From the NCBI GenBank assembly GCA_048550035.1, contig JBLYYQ010000046.1, positions 1 through 35,140 on the forward strand: 35,140 nt of DNA. Direction: 5' to 3'. How positions within the stretch are numbered: the first letter of the stretch is position 1; every line of letters starts with the position of its first letter. The position numbers were made by a program, and so were the translations under genes. Below the pieces are notes generated by a model. The model searched no databases, was not told the origin of the DNA, and saw only the letters and a program-made list of their open reading frames with translations. The DNA is from Nitrospinota bacterium. GTDB taxonomy: Bacteria; Nitrospinota_A; UBA7883; JBLYYQ01. This document shows, piece by piece, positions 27,699 through 35,140 of this stretch.

Positions 27699-29150
27699 AT
27701 GAGTTCCAATTTTGATCTTAGTAATCGACCACCTGCTGACAAGGTTCTAGTAGATATAGCAGACTATGTTTTAGATTATAAAATAGAATCTGACCTTGCA
27801 TATAACGAAGCGCTAAATGCATTTGTAGATACATTAGGATGTGGGCTTTTAGCATTAAATTTTCGAGATTGCGTCCGTCATTTAGGTCCTGTAGTGGAAG
27901 GGACTACTGTTCCGTTAGGCTCAAGAGTTCCAGGTAGGTCAACCGTGTTAGATCCTATAAAGGCAGCGTGGGATATAGGTGTGATGGTAAGATGGCTAGA
28001 TTTTAACGATACTTGGCTTGCCGCAGAGTGGGGACATCCATCAGATAATTTAGGTGCGATACTTTCTCTTTCTGACTATCTTAGCCAAAAAGCTGTCGAT
28101 GAAGGGAAAGAGCCTCTTACAATTAAAGAGCTCCTAGGTTGGATGATCAAAGCTTATGAAATTCAAGGAGTTATCGCACTTGAAAATAGTTTTAACCGTG
28201 TTGGGATAGATCATGTAATCTTGGTTCGTGTTGCAAGTACGGCAGTTTCTGCTGCGATGCTAGGAGCAACAAAAGATCAGATAATAAGTGCTATTTCACA
28301 TGCTTGGGTCGATGGTTCTGCACTTAGAACTTACCGTCATGCACCGAACGCAAGCTCGCGTAAGTCATGGGCAGCAGGCGATGCTACAGCAAGAGGACTA
28401 TTTCTTGCACTCCTTGCAACAAGAGACGAGATAGGGCTTCCTTCTGCTCTAACTGCAAAGCAGTGGGGTTTCTACGATGTCGTATTTAAGGGAAATCAAT
28501 TTTCACTACCACAAAAATATGCGACATACGTTATGGAGAATATCCTTTATAAGATCTCATTTCCTGCAGAATTCCATGCTCAGACAGCAGTAGAGGCTGC
28601 TTTAACTCTCCATAGCGATGTTAAAGATAGATTTGATCAGATAGATAGAATTGAACTTACAACACACGAATCTGCAATTAGAATTATCTCTAAAGTAGGT
28701 GAGCTTGCAAACTTTGCAGATAGAGACCACTGCCTGCAATATATGGTTGCAGTCGGGCTAATTGAAGGAAAACTTATCTCAGAATATTACGAAGATGATT
28801 ACTATCATCGCACCCCTTTAATTGACCAGCTCCGTGATAAGATGGTGGTACAAGAAGATAAACGTTACAGTAAAGAATATTTAGAATCTGATAAACGCTC
28901 TATTGCAAATAGTGTTCAGATTTTCTTTAAAGATGGAACCAGTAGCGCCAAAGTTGAAGTTGAGTATCCAATAGGACATAAAAGAAGGCGTGATGAAGGA
29001 ATACCTCTTCTTAGAGCAAAGTTCTTAAATAATCTTAAGGAACAATTTTCAGAAGAAGATTCTAAAAAGATATATGACCTAGCAATAGATTTGAAAAAAA
29101 TTGAGTCGATACCAGTTAATCAGTTTCTTGATATGTTGGTTACCACTTAA
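27699..29150 (+). CDS. prpD: 2-methylcitrate dehydratase
   Basis: RWLDFNDTWLAAEWGHPSDNLG, RTYRHAPN..SRKSWAAGDA, KISFPAEFHAQTAVEAA. Confidence 0.98.
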   Translation: MSSNFDLSNRPPADKVLVDIADYVLDYKIESDLAYNEALNAFVDTLGCGLLALNFRDCVRHLGPVVEGTTVPLGSRVPGRSTVLDPIKAAWDIGVMVRWLDFNDTWLAAEWGHPSDNLGAILSLSDYLSQKAVDEGKEPLTIKELLGWMIKAYEIQGVIALENSFNRVGIDHVILVRVASTAVSAAMLGATKDQIISAISHAWVDGSALRTYRHAPNASSRKSWAAGDATARGLFLALLATRDEIGLPSALTAKQWGFYDVVFKGNQFSLPQKYATYVMENILYKISFPAEFHAQTAVEAALTLHSDVKDRFDQIDRIELTTHESAIRIISKVGELANFADRDHCLQYMVAVGLIEGKLISEYYEDDYYHRTPLIDQLRDKMVVQEDKRYSKEYLESDKRSIANSVQIFFKDGTSSAKVEVEYPIGHKRRRDEGIPLLRAKFLNNLKEQFSEEDSKKIYDLAIDLKKIESIPVNQFLDMLVTT

Positions 29151-29175
29151 TTTATAGATAATAAGGGGGGAATTT

Positions 29176-31065
29176 ATGGGTAATTATAAGGAGGAGTATC
29201 GTCATTCTATTGAAAATCCTGTTAGCTTTTGGAGAGAAAAAGGAAACGGTATAGAATGGTTTAAGGAACCTGAGAATATCTTAACCTATGATGAAGATAA
29301 GATCGCCCATTGGTTTGCCGATGGGGAGATGAACAGTTCATATCTAGCAGTTGACTATCATGTTAAGAATGGAAGGAAAGATCAGTTAGCTCTCATTTAT
29401 GATTCGCCTGTTACCAACACCATAAAGAAATATAGCTACGGCGAATTGCTAGAGGAAGTAGCATTGACAGCCGGAATGCTAAAAGAGTATGGGGTTGAAA
29501 AAGGGGATACTGTAATCATATATATGCCGATGATACCAGAAACAGTTATCGCTATGCTAGCATGTGCTCGGATAGGTGCTATCCATTCTGTAGTATTCGG
29601 TGGCTTTGCAGCACCTGAGTTGGCTGTTAGGATTGATGATGCAACGCCTAAACTGATTCTCTCAGCTTCATGCGGGATTGAGATAAGCCGTATTATCGAC
29701 TACAAAAAGCTACTAGATGATGCGATCAATATTGCATCATTCAAGCCTTCACATTCAATCATATTCCAACGTCCTGAGCTTATAGCTTCGTTAAATGAAA
29801 AAGATGTAGATTGGAAAGAGGCTCTAAAAAAAGCAACAGCTGCAGATCCTGTAGCAGTTCGAGGTGACGACCTACTCTATATCTTATATACATCAGGATC
29901 GACAGGAGCTCCAAAAGGGGTAACAAGGGAAAGTGGAGGTCATGCAGTCGCTCTAAAATATAGTATGGATCTGATTTATGATATCAAGCCTGGAGATGTA
30001 TACTGGGCAGCATCCGATGTAGGCTGGGTTGTAGGTCACTCTTATATAGTATATGCTCCACTATTTGCAGGCGCAACTACAATACTCTATGAAGGAAAAC
30101 CTATTATGACTCCAGATGCAGGTGCATTCTGGAGGGTTATTGAAGAGCATAAAGTAAAATCACTCTTTACTGCCCCGACTGCATTTAGGGCGATAAAGAA
30201 AGAAGATCCAGATGGGAAGTTAATCAAGGATTATGATATTTCATCACTTGAAACTATCTTCTCAGCTGGCGAACGGCTTGATCCTCCAACTTATAGATGG
30301 CTAGAGAAAAACTTTGATGTCCCAATTTTAGATCACTGGTGGCAGACAGAGACAGGATGGGCAATAGCAGCTAACATGCATGGATTAGAACGGATGCCAG
30401 TCAAAGCTGGTTCTGCGACGCTCCCTGTTCCTGGATTTAATGTGAAGATTATTGATGGGAAAGGAGAAGAAGTTGCAGCTAACGAACAAGGAAATGTAGT
30501 GATAAAGTTGCCTCTGCCTCCTAGTTGTCTTACCTCAATTTGGAAAAACAGAGCAAGGTTTCACGCAAGCTATCTTGATGCATTTCCTCAGTTTTACCTT
30601 ACAGGTGATGGCGGATATATCGATGATGATGGCTATCTCTTTATCATGGGAAGAACAGATGATGTTATCAATGTTGCAGGACATCGACTCTCTACAGGTG
30701 GTATTGAAGAGGTGATCGGAAAGCATGAAATGGTTGCAGAGTGTGCTGTCGTAGGAAGAGAAGATGCACTTAAAGGACAGGTCCCATTCGGATTTGTTGT
30801 GTTGAAAAATAATGCAACCATTCCGTATGAAACTCTTATGGAAGATTTGGTCAAGGCTGTTAGATCTTCGGTAGGAGCAATAGCATGTTTTAAAGAGGCA
30901 ATAACTGTAAAGAAGCTTCCTAAAACTAGATCAGGTAAGATTTTAAGGAAAACCCTACGGGAAATTATAGATCAAAAGGAGTTTGAGGTACCGTCTACTA
31001 TTGATGATCCTGAATCGTTAAGTGAAGTAGAAAGTGCTTTGAAGCAATGGAATGCTGACAAATAA
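29176..31065 (+). CDS. prpE: Propionyl-CoA synthetase (acetate/propionate-CoA ligase)
   Basis: YILYTSGSTGAPKG, SDVGWVVGHSYIVY, DHWWQTETG, GRTDDVINVAGHRLS, LPKTRSGKILR. Confidence 0.92.
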   Translation: MGNYKEEYRHSIENPVSFWREKGNGIEWFKEPENILTYDEDKIAHWFADGEMNSSYLAVDYHVKNGRKDQLALIYDSPVTNTIKKYSYGELLEEVALTAGMLKEYGVEKGDTVIIYMPMIPETVIAMLACARIGAIHSVVFGGFAAPELAVRIDDATPKLILSASCGIEISRIIDYKKLLDDAINIASFKPSHSIIFQRPELIASLNEKDVDWKEALKKATAADPVAVRGDDLLYILYTSGSTGAPKGVTRESGGHAVALKYSMDLIYDIKPGDVYWAASDVGWVVGHSYIVYAPLFAGATTILYEGKPIMTPDAGAFWRVIEEHKVKSLFTAPTAFRAIKKEDPDGKLIKDYDISSLETIFSAGERLDPPTYRWLEKNFDVPILDHWWQTETGWAIAANMHGLERMPVKAGSATLPVPGFNVKIIDGKGEEVAANEQGNVVIKLPLPPSCLTSIWKNRARFHASYLDAFPQFYLTGDGGYIDDDGYLFIMGRTDDVINVAGHRLSTGGIEEVIGKHEMVAECAVVGREDALKGQVPFGFVVLKNNATIPYETLMEDLVKAVRSSVGAIACFKEAITVKKLPKTRSGKILRKTLREIIDQKEFEVPSTIDDPESLSEVESALKQWNADK

Positions 31066-31993
31066 TAAAGTAGACAAAGATATAACTTGTATTGACGCAC
31101 AATATACAAAATTAGGTAAAGCAGCATTTTATACCCTCTATGATGGTGATAAAGTAGCCGTTATAGAGACAGGTGCAAAAGGTTCTGCTGATTGTCTGAA
31201 AAGATCACTGCAACAAGATTCTTTATCGTTGGATAATGTCGTCTATATAATTCCGACCCATGTCCATTTAGATCATGCAGGGGCAGCTGGGGCAATGATG
31301 GAGGTTTGCAAAAATGCAAAACTAGTCATACACCCTTCAGGTGCAAGACATATGATTGATCCTTCAAAACTTATTCAAGGGACAGTGGAAGTTTACGGTC
31401 AAGAGACATTTGATAGGCTCTACGGTAAAATAACCGCTGTAGATGAGTCTAGAGTTATTATTCCGGAAGATAATAGTGATATCTTTCTTCAGAATAGAAA
31501 GCTAAAGATACTCTATACGCCAGGTCATGCAAGACATCATTTCGTAGTTTTTGATTATCAGACAAGAGGCATCTTTGCAGGTGACGCATTTGGTATTTCC
31601 TACCGTGAGTTTGATGCCAACGGAAATCATTTTATCTTTCCTGCTACCACTCCTGTTCAGTTTGAGCCTGATAAAATGAAAGAGAGCATCAACAAAATGT
31701 TGGCACTAGATCCTAAAAAGCTCTACCTTACTCATTTTGGGGCAATAGATGTTACAAGCTCTATTGTTAATCAGCTAACATCACTTATAGATCTCTTAGT
31801 TGAGGCTGCTCAAGCTGCAAGTTCTGAATTAGATAAAGAAGCATTTATCAAAGAAAAGATCTCCCATATCTTTTTAGAAAGGATAGAGTCGATAGGCTCT
31901 AAGATATCAAAAGAAGATGCACTAAACTTGCTTCGGGGCGATCTAGAATTAAATAGTGCTGGTCTTGCACTATGGCTTGAGAAAACCTTATAA
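31052..31993 (+). CDS. MBL-fold metallo-hydrolase
   Basis: THVHLDHAG, TPGHARHH, FAGDAFG, LTHFG. Confidence 0.92.
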   Translation: MLTNNKVDKDITCIDAQYTKLGKAAFYTLYDGDKVAVIETGAKGSADCLKRSLQQDSLSLDNVVYIIPTHVHLDHAGAAGAMMEVCKNAKLVIHPSGARHMIDPSKLIQGTVEVYGQETFDRLYGKITAVDESRVIIPEDNSDIFLQNRKLKILYTPGHARHHFVVFDYQTRGIFAGDAFGISYREFDANGNHFIFPATTPVQFEPDKMKESINKMLALDPKKLYLTHFGAIDVTSSIVNQLTSLIDLLVEAAQAASSELDKEAFIKEKISHIFLERIESIGSKISKEDALNLLRGDLELNSAGLALWLEKTL

Positions 31994-32010
31994 TATAACT
32001 TACGATCTAA

Positions 32011-32045
32011 AATAAGCAGTCTCAGCTTATTAGATAAGCTATAAT
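32011..32045 (+). promoter_or_regulatory. Overlapping inverted repeats and TATAAT box immediately upstream of tsaE
   Basis: AATAAGC(32011-17)/GCTTATT(32025-31); AGCTTAT(32024-30)/ATAAGCT(32034-40); TATAAT 32040-45 with a 5-nt gap to the ATG. Confidence 0.45.
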
Positions 32046-32050
32046 GCCGT

Positions 32051-32500
32051 ATGAGAAGTAATCTTACAAAATTAGATTTTATTAGTAGATCGGCTAACGA
32101 AACCTTTCGGATCGGGGTAGATTTTGCTAGAAAACTATCTAAAGGCGATATAGTAGGATTAGAAGGTGATTTAGGGGTTGGGAAAACACTCTTTGTGAAG
32201 GGAGTATGCAGAGGGCTGAATTTTGATAATACCGATTTGGTAAGGTCGCCTAGCTATACGTTAATCAACCATTACAGAGCAGATAATCTTCTTATTCGTC
32301 ATGCTGATTTATACCGATTGGAAGCTCTTGCTGAGCTAGACTCTATTGATCTATTTGATAGTCACTATCAAGAATCAATTCTACTTATTGAGTGGTCAGA
32401 TAGGTTAGCTGATTTATCTACTCTAGACTATACTGTAAGGATCAAAGAGGTTGATGACAATAGTCGTCTAATTAGTATAGAAAAGAGAAGATCGGCATGA
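32051..32500 (+). CDS. tsaE: tRNA threonylcarbamoyladenosine biosynthesis ATPase TsaE
   Basis: LEGDLGVGKT, VRSPSYTLINHY, HADLYRL, LIEW. Confidence 0.96.
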   Translation: MRSNLTKLDFISRSANETFRIGVDFARKLSKGDIVGLEGDLGVGKTLFVKGVCRGLNFDNTDLVRSPSYTLINHYRADNLLIRHADLYRLEALAELDSIDLFDSHYQESILLIEWSDRLADLSTLDYTVRIKEVDDNSRLISIEKRRSA

Positions 32501-33036
32501 AAACTAGCTTCATTATCATATTAGTAGCCAGCGTTGGCTACCTAGTGCTAACTATCTTATCTCTTAGCGACTTAGGGTATAACATTACGAACAGTGAGCC
32601 TACTGTACAGAATTTTGAGAATATCCAGAACATCCATCTTATCGAAAAAGAGAATAATAATATCATTTATGAAGTCATGGCTCGCGAGGCGTTTATACTT
32701 CAAAGTAATAAAAGTATTATGAACCTACGCGACTTTACAGTTATTTTTTATCTCGCCACTGGTAGAGAGGTTACTTTTATAGGTCGCACTGGGAAGATAG
32801 ATAGTGAAAGCAAGCTATTTAATATTCAAGATGAAGCAGTTATAATAGATGATCTAGATCGTATAATGATTACATCAAACCTTACGGCATCTAGTATAAC
32901 GAAATTCGTTGTAAGTGATGACCCTGTCTTGATGTTAGGTCCAAATTTTGTAATTAGAGGCAAAGGAATAAAATTTGATAAAGAGAACTTTAAATTCACA
33001 ATTCAATCTGATGTTACTGCTACAGTTAGGAAATAA
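32497..33036 (+). CDS. lptC: LPS export periplasmic protein LptC
   Basis: Single N-terminal TM followed by a beta-rich domain (..ITSNL....SDDPV...GKG..FD....F.I.SDV); upstream of lptA/lptB. Confidence 0.75.
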   Translation: MKTSFIIILVASVGYLVLTILSLSDLGYNITNSEPTVQNFENIQNIHLIEKENNNIIYEVMAREAFILQSNKSIMNLRDFTVIFYLATGREVTFIGRTGKIDSESKLFNIQDEAVIIDDLDRIMITSNLTASSITKFVVSDDPVLMLGPNFVIRGKGIKFDKENFKFTIQSDVTATVRK

Positions 33037-33040
33037 GCGA

Positions 33041-33538
33041 TTGATTCAGATTAACTTGTTAATGATTAGTCTGATTTTAATTCCGACCTTTGGATTGGGA
33101 GCGACTTCTGATGACAAGTTGAAAATCAAAGCAGATCATGCTGAAATAGATGGATCAGGCAGAGTAACCTTTATAGGAAATGTAAAGTTCTCAACCAAGA
33201 GTATGAGTATGGTAAGCTCAAAAGTGATGGTCTATTTCAATAAGGACAAAACGATAAAAGAGATTATTGCGATCGGCGATGTTAAACTTAAGAGTGCTAC
33301 TCAAGAAGCATATGGTGATGAGGCATACTATAGGTTAGTTGATGAAAAGATGTTAATTAAAGGGAATGCACGGCTGATAGGTGAAAAAGCGAATATCCAA
33401 GGTGAATCAATTGTTTATGATTTTAAGAATAAAAAAGTGAATGTTATAAATAGTGAAAATAGTAGCCCTGCCAACGGTAAAGATGTTGCAAGGCCAACCA
33501 TAATAATTAATTTAGATGACGATAATAGTGGTAAATGA
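33041..33538 (+). CDS. lptA: LPS transport periplasmic protein LptA (OstA family); start probably TTG 33041 or ATG 33062
   Basis: Signal peptide, IKADHAE...FIGNV...AIGDV...GDEAYY...KGNA...GESIVY; AGGA about 9 nt before 33041. Confidence 0.85.
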   Translation: MIQINLLMISLILIPTFGLGATSDDKLKIKADHAEIDGSGRVTFIGNVKFSTKSMSMVSSKVMVYFNKDKTIKEIIAIGDVKLKSATQEAYGDEAYYRLVDEKMLIKGNARLIGEKANIQGESIVYDFKNKKVNVINSENSSPANGKDVARPTIIINLDDDNSGK

Positions 33539-34287
33539 ACGAGAATAGTGAAAGTAGCAGATTAATAGAGTTTAGAGCCGATAATATTTCAAAATCATAT
33601 GGGGGTATTGAGGTTGTTAATGATGTTTCATTAAGTATCAGGAGTAATGAAATAGTAGGGCTGCTCGGACCAAATGGAGCAGGGAAAACAACCTCTTTTT
33701 ATATGATGGTAGGATTTGTAGCAGCCGATTCTGGCTCAATTTCTCTGAATGACGAGGAGATAACGACCCTTCCTATGCATATCAGAGCAGGGAAAGGGAT
33801 CGGATATTTACCACAAGGAAACTCAACATTTCAAAAGTTGACAGTATTAGAGAATATACTAATCACACTTGAGATGGTTATGAGTTCATCAATAGCAAGG
33901 CGTGATAAAGCAGAAGAACTATTAGAAGAGTTTCATATAAACCACCTATCCGATAAGGTTGCAATCACCCTCTCAGGTGGAGAGCGGCGTCGCCTAGAGA
34001 TAGCACGAACATTAGCGACTAATCCATCTTTTATATTATTAGATGAGCCATTTGCAGGGATTGATCCTATTTCGGTAAAAGATGCGCAAAATATTATTAG
34101 TAATTTGAAAGAGCGCAATGTCGGAATATTATTAACAGATCATAGTGCATTAGAAACATTATCGATCTGCGATCGGGCATATATACTACATAAAGGGAAA
34201 GTAATAGAGGAAGGGGAACCTAAAAAGATATTAAAATCAGAAAAAGCCAGAAATATCTACTTTGGAGATCATTTTTCGTTAAAATAG
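33535..34287 (+). CDS. lptB: LPS export ABC transporter ATPase LptB
   Basis: GLLGPNGAGKTTSFYM, LSGGERRRLEIAR, LLDEPFAGIDP, C-terminal YFGDHF; between lptA and rpoN. Confidence 0.96.
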   Translation: MNENSESSRLIEFRADNISKSYGGIEVVNDVSLSIRSNEIVGLLGPNGAGKTTSFYMMVGFVAADSGSISLNDEEITTLPMHIRAGKGIGYLPQGNSTFQKLTVLENILITLEMVMSSSIARRDKAEELLEEFHINHLSDKVAITLSGGERRRLEIARTLATNPSFILLDEPFAGIDPISVKDAQNIISNLKERNVGILLTDHSALETLSICDRAYILHKGKVIEEGEPKKILKSEKARNIYFGDHFSLK

Positions 34288-34319
34288 AATTATAAATTTA
34301 AGTTATAGGAAATTATATT

Positions 34320-35140
34320 ATGGCACTAAATATGAAGATTGATCTTCGTATGTCACAAAAGCTTGTGATGACACCAATGTTGCAACAAGCTATAAAATTA
34401 TTACCAATGACTCGAATGGAGATGATTCAGTCAATCCGCGCAGAGCTTAATGAAAATCCAATGTTAGAAGAGGTAACAGAGGAGATTGAAGAATCACAAG
34501 AGTTAAGTGACGATACTGTGCAAGAGGTAGACCGAGTAGCAGATACATTAGAAGCACAAACAGAAGAGTCTCAGACAATATCGGCAAAGGATGAGCCAAA
34601 ATTTGAAGAGGATAGCAATCTAGAAGATAGTCAAGCTCCCCAAAAGCCAGACGACATTGAGTGGGATGCCTATAGTCAAGATGGGATCTATGATGGAAGC
34701 AGTTGGAATTCATCAAATGAGAAGCCAAGTATTGAAAATAATATAGGTAACTCGGCAACGTTGGAAGAGAGGTTATTGTGGCAACTTAACTACTCTGCTA
34801 TAATTGAAGAAGAGCAAAAATTTGGTGAAATTATTATTGGTAATCTTGACAGCAAAGGATACCTTGAAATAGATATCCAAACAATTGCTACTGAACATAA
34901 AGTTGATCCTGAGATAGTAGAAGATGCACTGATATTAGTTCAAAGTTTTCATCCGTCAGGAGTTGCGGCTCGGAATTTGAAAGAATGTTTGCTCCTCCAA
35001 GCTAAGAATAGCGAATGCAAAAGTGAGATAGTTGAAGAATTGATTGAGCATCATTTAGAAGAGCTCGATGAGCGAAATGTCAACAAGTTAGCCAAAAAGT
35101 TAAAAAGTGATCCTGCTAAACTCCTTGAAGCAATTAAAAC
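34320..35140 (+). CDS. rpoN: RNA polymerase sigma-54 factor, 3'-truncated by window edge (absent from ORF track)
   Basis: Manual translation MALNMKIDLRMSQKLVMTPMLQQAIKLL...ELNENPMLEE...LLWQL...IIGNLDSKGYL...QSFHPSGVAARNLKECLLLQ; canonical position after lptB. Confidence 0.96.
   Translation, partial: MALNMKIDLRMSQKLVMTPMLQQAIKLLPMTRMEMIQSIRAELNENPMLEEVTEEIEESQELSDDTVQEVDRVADTLEAQTEESQTISAKDEPKFEEDSNLEDSQAPQKPDDIEWDAYSQDGIYDGSSWNSSNEKPSIENNIGNSATLEERLLWQLNYSAIIEEEQKFGEIIIGNLDSKGYLEIDIQTIATEHKVDPEIVEDALILVQSFHPSGVAARNLKECLLLQAKNSECKSEIVEELIEHHLEELDERNVNKLAKKLKSDPAKLLEAIK

Noticed and set aside
34447-34758. 103-aa minus-strand ORF
   Set aside because: Antisense to rpoN, which the ORF track missed because it has no stop in the window.

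Overview
AT-rich (roughly 35-38% GC by eye) chromosomal window from a diderm, LPS-producing, sigma54-encoding bacterium. Gene content suggests a Nitrospinota/Desulfobacterota-like lineage; this is inference only. Order: partial tilS, orphan ABC-type permease, tatB-like gene, USP-like protein plus SLC13/TrkA-C transporter, the minus-strand ribosomal cluster rplV to rplQ (with secY, adk, map, rpoA), YkgJ-family protein, bifunctional homocysteine methyltransferase/MTHFR, MltD-like LysM lytic transglycosylase, deoxynucleoside kinase-folK-dapL, a prpBCDE methylcitrate operon with an MBL-fold hydrolase, tsaE-lptCAB, and partial rpoN. I saw no mobile elements, CRISPR arrays, tRNAs or rRNAs. The most notable signals are non-coding or organisational. 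(1) The S10 operon is broken between rpsS and rplV, and rplV has its own sigma70-like promoter and a compact GC-rich structured leader, a candidate new ribosomal-protein leader RNA. (2) A ~160-170 nt rod-shaped RNA with a central bubble (6S-like architecture) lies between a near-consensus promoter and prpB. (3) rpmD (L30) and infA are missing from their usual positions. All RNA structures were paired by hand, not computed.
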